A DNA stretch of 64,000 nt from Okamejei kenojei (taxonomy: Eukaryota). The notes beneath the pieces were generated by a model. The model saw only the letters and a program-made list of their open reading frames with translations, was not told where the DNA came from and searched no databases. This document shows positions 1-13,199 of the stretch, one piece after another (the stretch's first letter is position 1; each line of letters begins with the position of its first letter). The position numbers and the translations under genes were made by a program. The DNA is taken from the NCBI GenBank assembly GCA_035221665.1, contig CM069132.1, positions 51,212,001 to 51,276,000 of the forward strand, written 5' to 3'.

Positions 1-855
1 GGGAGAATACAAATGCGACACGGTGGAAGGATGATGAATAGATTTTTTGGATGGGGGGGGGGGTTGATGGGGAGGGGATGTCTCAGTGAGGACCCTGGAT
101 AGAGGAGGGGGGGAGAGGGCCAAAGGTTATGCTCTGCGCCAGAGGGGGAGATGGTTGGGAAACCTCACACCGCCTTACCCCTCCTCCGCCAGCCGACAGA
201 GTAGGTGCGGGGACCGCAGCGGTGCAGCTCCAAAAAGGATCCTATAGCTATTAGATTCTTTGGTGCAGCTGCTTCGACGGCTGAACCCGGAGGACCTCCC
301 CCCTTCCCTCTTTCCTCTCCCAGCCTCGGCGTGCAAGAGGGATTGTATTGAAGAGCAAACGCGTATTAGCGCGTTTGCCAGGGCAGTGGCTGTTACAGGG
401 TGACAGCGGCGGGATGCTGCCTGCAAATCGAACAAGATACTGCTGCAAATCACACAACTGCGCTTTCAAAAACAATTCCCATCTCACACGCCGAGGCCAG
501 GGGGGAGGGAGGGAGAGAGAGGAGGTCTCCTTCGGCCCCGGGCGTGGTGCGGCCGCTACCTGTTCAGGGCAAGTCATCTACGCTCCGACCTTCATCACAT
601 GCAACGCTGGTATCTTCTCGTCCCCGCAATCAAAGATATAGAGGAATCACAGCCACCAGCATCGACACAAAATGTCACGCTCCTATTTCAGGAGATGCTG
701 CCTGGACCCGTGGAGTTACTCAGTTTTTGAGTCTATCGCCATAAACCAGTATTTGCTTGCCAAGCCGGGCAAAATGAGTCGGCGTTTTAGGTTGCCCGGC
801 GGCTAACCTATTGGGTGGTCATTGGCACCAGGGCAACCGCTAATTTCGAGGCCTG
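1..855. mobile_element. GC-rich non-autonomous DNA transposon (hAT-like MITE), copy A
   Basis: Ends in TAATTTCGAGGCCTG (reverse complement CAGGCCTCGAAATTA, hAT-like terminus) after TTGCCCGG/GGGCAACC subterminal motifs. Collinear with 3660-4658. Confidence 0.5.
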
Positions 856-869
856 CATCAAGTCCAGTC

Positions 870-2144
870 TACTATCTAATAGAATCAATAGAAAATAATC
901 CTCATCACTCTGCATTCCTCCCTTCCCCATAGTAAAAAAACAAAAAATCCTTGGTTTTCCATGATACCCATCCCATCTGCCTTAAATAAAATCAATGACC
1001 TGTTTCACAAACCTCTGAAGAAGGAGGAAACCAAAAGGATTCAGGTTCCCAAGAGAAACTATTTAAAACTTATTTCTTTGCTTTCAATCAGGCAGGCCCA
1101 TTTTTTTCCTCCATTTTTACAAACACTATTTCTTTGCTATGGATTCTCCCACATTCACCCATTTTAAAACTCCTCAGGATATTACATTCCATTCAAGTCC
1201 TCACTCTTCCCAGTTGAAGGGAATATGTCTAGTTTGTCCAAACGTTCAAGACAACTACCCATTTTTGTCTGGTAAGCATACCCCAAAAAGCTCTTAACAC
1301 ATCCTTCAACATTCTTTCTTTAAAGTGATGAATTAGGTACACGATACTCCATCAATCCAGCCCAAAATACTGAACCATAACTTCCCTACTGTTAAGAGTC
1401 AGAGCATAACAACAAAAAAAGCTTTTCATTGTACCTCAGTACACGTGGCAATAAACAAAACTAAAAACTAAGTTAGTGCATGCCAATTGTCCCATTTAAG
1501 CTAATCCTATTGGTTTGGCCCATATCTCTCCAATAATTTCTTATTCATGTACCTGCTAACTAGTCTCCCGGATCACATTGTGATCCGAACCTATCAGAGA
1601 AGCCTTATCATGCTAGAGCTCAAAGGGGCCTTACTGAAGTCGATTTAGACATCGGATGACTGCCCTCCATCAACCTTCTTGGACAAATTCAATAAAATTA
1701 ATGAGGACACTATCTTCCCATTGCACAAAACCACGTGGACAATCTTTAATCAATCCTATTGGCCCGAAGCGGGGTTTCTCGACCTTGAAGCTGTCACCCC
1801 ATTCCTTCTTCAAGAGATGTTGTCCCGTACCACCGAAGTTACTCATCTCTTGGTGTTCTATCTCAGTTTAAAACCAGGGCATCTGCAGTTCCTTTTACCC
1901 ACCTTTCACTTCCACCATTTCTTATGAGCATACTTAACCGGCAGAGTCGGAAAGGCCAGTGGTTGTAACTTTCCTCAGATACAAGTTGGCTCATGGTCTA
2001 CAGTTCCCAGGATCTTCTTTCTTGCAGTCCTTGGATAAAGCTCCATCAATAATAGCCGCTCCTCCACTGTCTTAAGGCATACTCACCTGTGCTCTAACGG
2101 CATGAATTGTGTGCTTTTCCTAAAATTCAACTTGCTGTACTGCA
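870..2144 (-). mobile_element. Highly degenerate CR1 LINE ORF2/3' remnants
   Basis: Minus strand near 1620-1680 resembles the CR1 RT motif 'vdeg..vdv.y.DFSKA'. The 870-1400 part resembles a decayed CR1 3' region. Confidence 0.4.
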
Positions 2145-3659
2145 CAGCAGCTTTAAAAAATATATATATTTTTTATATGGGAAGCAATTGTGCAAAAAGA
2201 CAATGACTCTGGGTTCTTACAACTACTAGCAGCTTCAATTTTTACATTTTACAAAACAGAACATTACAATTGAAAAGCGATGAAAAGGAAAGTGAAGAAA
2301 AAGGAAAAGAGAGAAAAGTGAAACAGGAGAAAGAAAGAGGAGATATGTCCATCAAACCCACCCATGCGCTAGACTACCCATAACCTTGCAATCAGTTTTG
2401 TGTTTGTCTGTTCAAAATTGTATTGCTCAAGAGAAATTCAATATAAAAACGGAGACCTGATATTATAAATTGTTCCTGTTTGTCAATCAAGACTAGACCC
2501 CCAATTCTTTATAGGATGCTAGTGTATTCGGTCATTTCTGTAATCAACATCTTCTACTGAGGGGACTTATCTTTTTCAAAATGTAAGTACAAGTTTTTTG
2601 CTGATAATATACTGTAATCAAGACAAGGTTTTTGAGAGGATGTTTAGGGTTGCTACATGCTCTCATATTCCCAGTATTTCAATTTTGGGTCTGGCTACCG
2701 AGTGGGCGTTTTCTGTGTGTTAGAGGTTTGACGTTGAATACTTCAGTCGTAAACACTTTCTATTTTTGTGCAAAAGCATCAAAACGTGGGTTTAAGGCGC
2801 GCATCTTGAAATGTGCCCCGTTATCGCAAAGAGGGGAAACACAATGGGGAAAATCGTGCTCAATCTTGGTGTCCTTTGAGTAATACAGCATGTGCAGCAC
2901 TTTAAATGTATCATGCAGTGTATGGCATTTAGAGAGCTAAATAAAGTATGTATTGTCAGCGTTAGTCACATATATCCTTAGAGATGTGTTGAGACCCAAT
3001 TCTCATCCTCCCCTGAAACACGCGATCTATATAAATTCCACGAATGGAGTGTCGATGTTGTGGAGGGCAATTGTAAATGTGAGATTATCAACTTCTCTGT
3101 ATCTGCATGTTCCATATTCAAACATTCATCAAGTCATTCTGGACCTGCAGAGGTAGCAGTCTTGCTTGCATGTTTCACCGTAATCCCTAACTTGGGGGGT
3201 ATCTGAAAAAGATTGTGGATGTTCAGATTGTATAGTTCTCCTGCAATTCTTGAAAGGAGGGGGAGGTAAGAAGGTCCCTCTTCTGATTAAACGGTCTGTC
3301 CACAGGTTATTTGATTCTCCCTGGTTCTTCCATATGTACAAAAACACCATCTAGAGTAGAGGGTTTATAGGAGGGATCTGTTCCAATGGGATAGAAGGAG
3401 AGACATGTCTCTCAGTTTGAGGACTGAGCTTCAAACTGTTTGTCCAGATACAAAATGTCACTATGTATTATCGGGTTAGCTTCATACATTGATTTGTTCC
3501 AGGGAATATTTGAGAGACAGGATAATCGAGCCTTGAGAGAGGCAAGCAATCTTCTTCTTTCCATTTTTGCCAGTTTTGCTGTTGGTTATGAATCATCCAG
3601 CCAAAACATTATAGTTTTAATGTTCGGTTGCACATTAGTTAAAAAAAAGGGAAGTTGTA

Positions 3660-4658
3660 GGTGGAATCAAATGCGATTCGTGGGTTAGGGTGATGAATAG
3701 ATTTTGGGGGGGGGGGGGAGGGTAGATTGGAGGGGGAGCAGTAGGGGAATGAGGGATCAGTGCGGGATGGAGCGGAGGGGTTCCAGGATAAGAGGGGTGG
3801 GAGGGAAGGCATACAACCGGGAGAACGGAGAGAGCGAGAGGGGGGGGGGACAGGGCAAGAGGAAGGTGGGCAAGGAAAGGTAGCGTCTCCACCGGAACAA
3901 CATCGCCCCGTGCCTTGGCGTCCTGTCCAAACGCAAAGTGCGCCTCAAGGGCAAAGGCGGTTGGGATCTACTCCACCACCGCCTCACTCCTCCGCCAAGC
4001 CGACAGGTAGGTGCCCCGAGCGGGGCCCGAGCGGTTGCAGGCTCAAAAAGATCCTATAACTAATGGTTGCACAACTGATTTACAGACTGCGGAAGGAGAC
4101 TCCTCCCATCGGCGTGCGAGAGGGGTTTTTGTTTTGGAAAGCGCCGTTATACGGATTGTAAAGCAGCGGCCGTTATCAGGGAGATGGATGGATTTGCAAG
4201 CAGCGGAACAACTAATGAGCACTTTCAAGGAATACAACCCCTCTGCACGCCCGAAGGCGGGGGAGGGGAGGGAGAGGCGAAAGTCTACTTCCGCGGGCGG
4301 GGTGTGGCGAGGTTCATGAGGAGTGGTGATGGAGCCGCTGTCGCCGGCCGCTGCTGCCGCCTGATCGGGGACCCGTAATTCGCTCGACCACTTCGTCACC
4401 ACGCACCTAGTATCTTTGCCCCCACAATCAAGATTACTAGAGGAATACAGCCGACGCACAAACACAATACGTTCAACAGTTCATATTATCCAGAAGATGC
4501 TGCACTGACCCGTTGGAGTTACTACAGTTTTTTGGTTATTGGTATTAAACCAGTATTTGCGTGCCAAGCTGGGCAAAATGAGTCCGCATTTAGGGTTGCC
4601 GGCGGCACTTTGGGTGGTAACCATTGGAACCTGGCAAAACCTCTTTATTTCGAGCCCG
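3660..4658. mobile_element. GC-rich non-autonomous DNA transposon (hAT-like MITE), copy B, inside L1 ORF2
   Basis: Shares ordered blocks with 1-855 (GATGAATAGATTTT-G tract, CTCCTCCGCC-AGCCGACAG, ATCCTATA, CAATCAA, TAAACCAGTATTTGC, GGGCAAAATGAGTC) and ends TATTTCGAGCCCG. Confidence 0.5.
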
Positions 4659-4818
4659 ACGACACTCTGGAGTACGAAGGAATAGTTTCTTCCGGTCGGA
4701 TTGGAAAATCCTCCATACGTCCTTTAGATTTGTGTTGCGTAATAGGTGGGGACAAGAAGTTCATTAGTCTTGGGGAGGCAATCTCCGTCTTGGAAATTGG
4801 ATGAATAGTATACAGGTA

Positions 4819-5097
4819 NNNNNNNNNNNNNNNNNNNNNNNNNNNNNNNNNNNNNNNNNNNNNNNNNNNNNNNNNNNNNNNNNNNNNNNNNNNNNNNNNN
4901 NNNNNNNNNNNNNNNNNNNNNNNNNNNNNNNNNNNNNNNNNNNNNNNNNNNNNNNNNNNNNNNNNNNNNNNNNNNNNNNNNNNNNNNNNNNNNNNNNNNN
5001 NNNNNNNNNNNNNNNNNNNNNNNNNNNNNNNNNNNNNNNNNNNNNNNNNNNNNNNNNNNNNNNNNNNNNNNNNNNNNNNNNNNNNNNNNNNNNNNNN
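4819..5097. other. Assembly gap (279 N)
   Basis: Run of N in the sequence. Confidence 1.
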
Positions 5098-6514
5098 TTG
5101 GACTGGGATGAGTCTGATACCAAATTGAGTATTTTATTGAAAAATTGGGAGTTATGAAAATTTGGAGCATATATGTTCACCAACATCAATGAGGTTGAGA
5201 ACAGATCACTGGATACTATGGTGTACCTACCTTCCTTGTCAGCTATTGTAGACTAATGTTTGAATGGAATACCTTTACAGATTAGAATTGCAATTCCCCT
5301 AGCTTTAGAAGAAAATGTGCAGTGATACAACTGTCCGATCCACCTACCCCTCAGCCTGTTATGTGCTTCGTTTTTGAGGCGAGTCTCCTGAAGGAATATT
5401 ATATCAGTGTTAGAGATTTTAAGTGGGCTAGTATTTTACCCCTTTTTATTGGTCCATTTGCGCCCCTGACATTCCAACTACAGAACGTAATTCCTTTCCC
5501 CCCCATTTTTCTAGCTATATCATCTTGCATATCAAAAATTATATGATCTCTGCTGAATTAAATGGTCCAACACAATGATTAAAATATTTATTTCGGATGT
5601 AGGCTGAGTGAGCCCCTCGCCCTTTATCCCTACCCCCCCCCCTCCCCCCTCCCCCCCCCCCCCCCCCCCCCACCCCGAGATATCTCCAAGAAAGGTGTAC
5701 ATTAGTAGAAGATATTAAGATACTTATTACAAAGGTAAGAAAAAAGAGAAGCAAAAGAAAAAACACGAGGATGTTGCTAATGTGTACCACGCATCAGTGG
5801 TTGAATTTGAGTAAACTTTCTTGCTGTAAATACTATCATTAATATAAGATTTTAGATATTAAGATAGTCCCACACCTTTAATTTGTTAGAAAAACTAAAT
5901 ATAACAAAATGTGAAGAATTTTTCTTTTTTCCTTTAAGGGGCTCAGCATTCCCCTCCAGTTAGGGATCTACACAAAAGGATGAGTAAGCAGCCGAGTGTT
6001 GGTTTTAACTGACATACGTCGTGTAGTAATTACCTTTCAGCCGATACCGTTTTGACATATTACCAAATTGCGAGTCTGTAACAGCTTGTAAACTCTATGG
6101 ACAAGTCCCTGTCGGCTACGGCAATGTCCTGGGCAAACCGTAATGCTTTGTTTGGATCGGTAAAGAAGGATTCAACATCTTTATATGTGACATGGAGCTT
6201 GGCAGGGTATAATAGTCCAAATCGCACTCCTGGTAAGTCCCTCAGAATGGCTCGACTTGGAAAAGAGTGCTCTTTGCCCAATGACTTTGAAAATTCATAT
6301 TTGTTGTCCTTGGAATGTTAAATTCCTGTTCTTGGCCACTTTACGAAGGATTTCGTCCAGAACATGGCAGTGATGCACCCGCAGGATCAGATGTCTCGGT
6401 GGGGCGTTGTCGTCCGGCCGGGTTCTCAGAGCTCTGTGTGCCCGGTCGATGTACGGGTTTCCTCCAAAGCGAGTACATCCTTAAGTAGTTGAGCCGTAAA
6501 GTCGCAGACTTTTT

Positions 6515-7260
6515 TTTTTTAATTAAAAATTTTATTTACTAGAGGTACAGTAAATTACATCAGTGTACGTCCCGCATATATTACTACAATTATTGTCCCC
6601 CTTAGTTTTTTAAAGCTATTAAAAAAAGAATAGAAATAGAGAAAGTAGAGGAAGTGTGAGAGAATTGTGAAAGTGAAGCAGCGTGACAAAGGGAAAGAAG
6701 AGAGAACCCTTAGTCGAGGAATTTGAGAAACGAGATTAAGAGATAACCCTAGAAAAGAGAGAAAAAAGGAAAAGACAGTTACTTTATTATAAACATCACA
6801 CAAAAGGAATTTACCAACTCAACAGTTTTTCATCCCCCTTCACCAAGACCTGACGCCGGTACCTTTTTGAGGTTCTCTTGCACCCTATCCTTGTAATAAA
6901 TCTATAAATGCAGACCACATCTTTTATAAGATCACTTTTATCTGATATTCCTGCCAGGCGGAGTCCCATATCTTCCAGATGTAGTGTTTCAAACATAGTT
7001 GAAATCCACATATTTACTGTTGGTATAGGAGCATTTTTCAGGAATTTTTAAATAAGCTTTTTTCCAGTTATTAACCTGTATTCAAATAGATTCTTTTGAA
7101 ACACATTTAATTCAGTGCTACCTTCCGTTGTTCCAAAAATAACCCATTCTGCTTTTGGTGTCAGTTTTATTTTAAATGATTTTGTGAACATTTCAAAAAT
7201 TTCAGTCCAAAATTTTTCAATTTTTATACAAAAGACAAATGAGTGCGCACTAGTAGCTTC
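6515..7260 (-). mobile_element. 5'-truncated L1 3' fragment inserted into ORF1 of the host L1
   Basis: Poly(T) at 6510-6520 and a 17-bp TSD AAAGTCGCAGACTTTTT at 6498-6514 and 7261-7277. The sequence is the reverse complement of the family at 10530-11250. Confidence 0.92.
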
Positions 7261-7945
7261 AAAGTCGCAGACTTTTTGACCATGTTCTTTGCCTTCTTTC
7301 ACTCCGACAATCCTTGGGGTTCTGATGCTTGGAACGCCCCTCCAAATCTAGAAATCTTTCTGTTACTTTTGATAACAAACCAGAGATGTGCTCCACTTCA
7401 GCTTTACTGTAACCTCGGAGTTTGTTGCCGCTGCTATTTCCAGCTCCCAGATAGTCTCGCTGTGTGTAAGTGAGGTAGCCAGAATAGATTCCAGCTTGTG
7501 GCTGATGTTGGTTTCCAGCCTTTGAATTTCCCCTCTCAGGTTGGTATTTACCCCCTCAATACGAGAGTCTATCTTGTCACAGATCTCTTGCTTCACTATC
7601 GAAAGTTCCAGACGTAGAAGCGCTCCAATGCCTTGCAGGGCCGGCGTTTGAATTGCCGTTTCTTTTCGGGACTGTTCTTCAGGTGAGGTCGAGGCTTCTC
7701 CACGGACTTCCTCTTCGATTTTTTTTCGGGCGTTTGGGTGACATGTTCAGGAATTACGGTAGTCATTTGACGTCTGCTTACCGGTCTGCTGAGCCTCCAC
7801 TGGCGAATATGTAGTTAACGATCTGTTTTGGTCTGTTTTTAAAGTAATTTAGTCGACACGATGCGGAGGTGTTGCACACGTGTCCTAAGCCTCCGCTGCG
7901 CCACCGGGAGTCCAGCTGCTTTTTTCAAATCAAACTATACCACAT

Positions 7946-10900
7946 CAACTAAAAGTACCATACCAACACGATCTCAAATCACTCACCACTAACTTTCTTT
8001 TTAAAACTGGAAGGAATGTCTAAGAATAAATCGTTTTGGAGGTATAATCCTCAAATTTTAAAAGACCCGCAAGGAAGTATATATCTAAAACAACAAATGG
8101 ACCTCTTTTTCGAAATAAATGACACTCCAGACATATCACCCACATTATTATGGGAATCCTTCAAAGCATTTATTAGAGGCGTTAAAATTTCATACCAAGC
8201 TTTTAAAAATAAAAAAACAAGAACGAACAAAGACAATTAGAAGAACAAATTAGACAACTGGATATAGATAATGCTAAAGACCCAGCTATGGATAAACACA
8301 ATCATATATTAATATTGAAATTTAAATTAAATAAATTATCAGCTAAAGTTTTAAGATTATTCCAAATTACAAGACAGGAACATTTTGAATTTGGAGATAA
8401 GCCCCACAAACTTTAGGCACGTCAGTTAAAAAAAAAACGAGAAAAAGAACACACGAACCTAAAGATCAAATCAGATAGAGGGGAAGTATTAACTTTACCG
8501 AATGACATTAATAAAAGATTTGCACAATTTTATGAGAATTTGTACACATCCAAAACGACAACGGACACCAATAAAGTCATAGAGTTCTTGGATAATTGTA
8601 ATCTTCCAAAACTAGAGTTGCAGGAACAAGAGGAATTGGGAGCACAAATTTCAATTAAGGAAATAGAAGACACAATAATTTCATTAAAGAATGGAAAAAC
8701 ACCAGGACCTGACGGATTGAGTAATAAATTTTATAGAAGTTGTTACGACATAATTACACCCCGTTTACAGAAAATGTATACATATGCCTTTGAAGAACAA
8801 ACATTACCTGAAACACTAGCCGAATCAACGATTACATTCATACTTAAGAAAGACAAAGATATAGAAGAACCCGGATCATATAGAGCTATTGCGTTGTTAA
8901 ATATACAGATCAAAAAATATTAGCAAAAATATTAGCTAGAAGATGTTAGTAAATTAATAAATCTGGATCAAGTGGGATTTATCCCTAAGAGACAATCATC
9001 TAATAATTTGAGATGTTTGCTCAACATAATGCATTCACACCAAACTGAAGAACAAGAATTATCAATTATTTTGTTGGATGCAGAAGAGAAAGCATTCGAT
9101 CAGGTGGGATGGGATTATATGGTTAAAGTATTGCAAAAATTCCAATTGGGAGAAAATTTCATCCTATGGATTAAATTACTATATAATAAGCCAATGGCTA
9201 GAATATTAACTAATAATATTTAATCTTTGAAATTCCAGTTATCAAGGGGTAATAGACAAGGATGCTCACTATCACCGCTGTTATTTGCTCTTATAATTGA
9301 ACCCCTAGCGGAAATAATTGGAACACATCCGAATATCCACGGCTACAACACAAAATATTCAAATAATAAAATATCATTATACGCTGATGATGGACATCAC
9401 AAAACCCCATACCACTATACCAAACTTATTAAACTTAATTGAGGATTTTGGATCATTCTCAGGATACAGAATAAATTGGAACAAAAGTGAAATCATGTCA
9501 ATGAAACCGAAAGACTCAACACACCTCTTAAAATTCCCTTTTAAATTAACTACAGAAAAATTTAAATACTAGGGTAATGAAATTACCAGAAAATATCAAG
9601 ATATGTTTAACGCAAATTATAATCCTTTATTTAAGAAATTAAATAACTTAATTAAATTCTGGAAAACGCATCCGATGTCTTTAATAGGTCGAATAAATGC
9701 TATAAAAATGATTTTTCTACCACAAATTTTATACCTATTCCAATCAATTCCTATATACCTACCAAAAAATATTTTTTTTTATTATTAAATTGGATTCAGA
9801 CATTACAAATTTTATATGGGATTATAGTAAATATTAAAACCACGATTCAACTGCTGGACAATTCTGCCCAGCAAGGAGACTGCTCCCCTTGTAATATTGG
9901 AGCGATCCTCCTCTCACCAATGAAGTTGAATAACACAAACTATAACAAAAACCCAATTATACATAGTACAATTAGAACTTGGAAACAAATAAAACATAAT
10001 TTAAAATCTTATCTCCAATAGTTAATAACCCTTCGTTTAAACCACCATTATAGACAAATCATTTATACAATGGGAAAGAATAGGAATTAAAATGCTCGGA
10101 GACTTGTATGAAACTGGAAAATTACTATCATTCAAACAATTACAACTAAAATATAATCTGGGAAACAATCAATATTTTAAATATTTTCAAATATGTGATT
10201 ATCTGAAAAAAATATACGCAAGATTACAACATGCCATTAGATTTACTGGATGAAGTAATGAAACAAAGGCCGAATCAGCAAATTTAATCATATTTATATA
10301 TTATTTTAAATGTAGAAATACCAACCGAAGGTATTAGAAGAGACTGAGAACAAGTAGCTATTAAAATCTCAAAAGAGAGGTGGGTTAAACATTTATTAAA
10401 TGTGCACAAATGTTCAATTAATGTAAGACACACTTTAATCCAATTAAAATTTCACATAGATTATACTATTCAAAAATCGAAAGTAAACTTTTTCCCAACG
10501 TATCACCTATCTGTGATAAATGCCAGTCTCAAGAAGCTACTATAGTGCATTCATTTGTTTTTTGTATAAAAATTCAAAAATTTGACTGAAATCTTTGAAA
10601 TCTTTACAAAATTATTTAAAATAAAACTGATACCAAAAGCAGAATGGATTACCTTTTGAATAACGTAAGATAGCCCCGAACTAAATGTGTTTCAAAAGAA
10701 CCTATTTGAATATGGGTTAATAACTGGAAAAAAGCTTATTTTAAAACTTTGGAAAAACGCTCCTATACCAACAATAAACATGTGGACTTCAACTATTTTT
10801 GAAACACTACACCTGGAAGAAATTAGACTCCGCCTGGCAGGAAAATCAGATTGCTTTTATAGGACGTGGTCTTCATTTATAGAATTACTACAAGGATAAG

Positions 10901-11248
10901 GTGCAATAGTACTTTAAAAAGGCACCAGTGTCAGGTCTTGGTAAAGGGGGATGAAAAGTGTCAAGTTGGTATATTCCTTTTGCATGATGTTTATAATAGA
11001 GCAATTGTCTTTTCCTTTTTTCTTATTTCTCTTTCTTCTTTTTTAGGGTCCATGTCTTAATTTCCTTTCTCCAATTCCTTGACTAAGGGTCTTTCTTCTT
11101 CCCTTTTGTCACGCTTCTTCACTTTCTCTATTTTCTTAATTTCTATCCTTTTTTAATAGCTCTAAAAAAAGGAGTGCAATAAATGTGAATATATACGGGA
11201 TGTGTATTAATGTAATTTTCTGTACTTCTAATAAATAAAAAAAAATTA
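7946..11248 (+). mobile_element. 5'-truncated L1 (ORF2 from EN end through RT, Cys-rich C-terminus, 3'UTR, A tail), frameshifted
   Basis: KTPGPDGL, SYRAIALLN, LDAEEKAFD, RGNRQGCSLSPLLF, ISLYADD and CDKC motifs. AATAAA plus A-tail at 11230-11248. TSD AAACTATACC(A/G)CAT at 7932-7945 and 11249-11262. Confidence 0.92.
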
Positions 11249-11262
11249 AAACTATACCGCAT

Positions 11263-12010
11263 TTCCAAGCTCTGCAATCTCTCACCAGTTAGATACTTTG
11301 CACTTTAAATACATTTTCTGCTGAAAAGCACAACTCATGTTTTCATATTATACTTCGTCAAATATCTTTAATTTTAACTCAAACTTTCTAGATCCCTTCA
11401 TAGTTATGTTCTCATTCATCTCCAGCCAACTTTAGATCATCAGAAAAATAATTAAATGTACCTTTGGGGCATCGTTCAAATTATTTATATAAGCTGCAAA
11501 ATAGTCAAGGCCCCCAACACCAAACTACTCATTACATCTTTTAACCAGAAAAAAAAAATCTGTACCTACTCAGTATTTGTTCTTAGACAATCAATCGCCT
11601 ATCCACACCAATAAATTTCCCCCCAACACAAACACTATTATTTTCTACATTGACCTTTAACACAGACCACCAAATGCCTTCTGGATACATTGGTACATCC
11701 AGTACATCCCCTGTATTTACAGCACATGTTACTTCATCCAATCAATTGGTCAAGTAAAATATTAAGCTTTATCTTGACATTTTCTAGTGTCCCATTATAA
11801 TGACCTCATTTATAGCTTTTAACAATTTTCTTATGATAGATATTAACTTAACTGGCTTGTTGTTATCAGTGGAAGTGATAGAGGTGGGTACAATTACAAT
11901 ATTTGAAAAGACATATGGACAGGCTCATGGATAGGAAAAGCTTTTGAAAGATGCGAGTCGGGTGCAGGCAAGTCGGACTAACTCAATTGGACAGCTTGGT
12001 TGGTATGTAC
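11263..12010. mobile_element. Old degenerate CR1 fragments
   Basis: Minus-strand RT-like remnants (e.g. AGTCAAGGCCCCCAACAC, CAAATGCCTTCTGGA) and a plus-strand CR1 3'-end piece at about 11865-12000. Confidence 0.4.
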
Positions 12011-13199
12011 GAGTTGATCTGAATATCGTTTTTGAACACGGGAAACATAATAGCCATTTTTCTAGGAAAATGAAAATCAATCCATTATCTTTTTCACTAA
12101 CTATTTTTAATATTCTTGGGCCAAGTGCATTGGTATCAGAGTACATCTCAGCCAGCAACAATTTCATGATTGTTTGCTGGCAATGATAATTTTTTTTCCT
12201 CCAATTTGTAGCAACGTATGGTATGCTACTTATGTGTTTAGTAGTGAAGACTGATTTTTTTTTTTTAAAAATTACATGGTTAATCCATCTGTTTAAACCA
12301 TTCAAACTACATGGTTAGTTCATTCATTCCATTATCAATTCCCCAGACTTGCCTTCTATAGGACCAATGTTCATGGTTAACATATACTTTTAAATATCTA
12401 GAGAAACTTATGTTCTATATTTGTGCAATTATATGATTTTGTCCAAATTTGACTGATATTTTTTACTTACAGATGGAGGATACCTCCTAGGCATTTTTCT
12501 TTCTTATTGAAATGCATCTATTATTCTGTGTATTCCCTAATAAAACATATGCATAGCTGAGGAAGAGGGGGAGCAAGCAGAAAGAAACAAGGTAAAACAT
12601 TGTACAAGTTTAATTAAAAGGGGAATATGTAAAAAGGTTTGTTCAGCACCAGAAATACAAACAACCCTATCCATGTCCTGATGACAAATATCCAGATACT
12701 TACCCAGCAATTTAAAAGTCACTACAACTCTCCCCTACCACCAGGATTTCCAGAAAAGAAAAATGGGACCTCAAGTACAGGTTTGTTAGTTAATATTAAG
12801 ATTAGAGGACAGCTAAATGACTGGAGGGAAGAAAAGTTCCAGCTGAACTTCGATAGTATTTTCTACCAATCCTTGGGCTTTAACAATGACATGCTCCCAC
12901 TGCAGATCTAAGGAGCACAAGTTCATGTGTGCAGCTTCTTTGCTCAGGGTTTGCACGTTGCACACCAATTACAACATGATCTTAACTGAGCAAGGTCAAT
13001 GGGAAGTATATCCAAGACAATTTGAGCACACACACACACACACAACAGAAATTCAAATTAGAACAAAAACACTTGAATGCTCTGCTAGTAATCTTCCAGC
13101 CTGGAGTCGTAGAAAAGTAGCAATGGGGAAAGCTCTCTTTTTTAAAGGAGGAAGGCTGAGGAAGCATTTCTAATTGTCTTCTTGAGGCACATCGGTCAA

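Larger units (their letters stand above)
2155..7912 (-). mobile_element. L1-clade LINE, originally full length (5'UTR, ORF1, ORF2 EN, ORF2 C-terminus, 3'UTR), RT core missing
   Basis: ORF1 (about 7744-6060) has RIVGVKEGKE, IDRAHRAL..P...PR and GVRFGLLYPAKL motifs. The ORF2 APE endonuclease (about 5500-4660) has SWNVRG, IFLQET, LVNIYAPN and WR..PT.R.YS motifs. A decayed ORF2 C-terminus lies at 3630-2450, with a T-rich tail near 2160-2176. Flanking TSD-like CAGC(A/T)GCTTT at 2145-2154 and 7913-7922. Confidence 0.75.

Noticed and set aside
4724-5189. ORFs spanning the N run
   Set aside because: Artefacts of the assembly gap.
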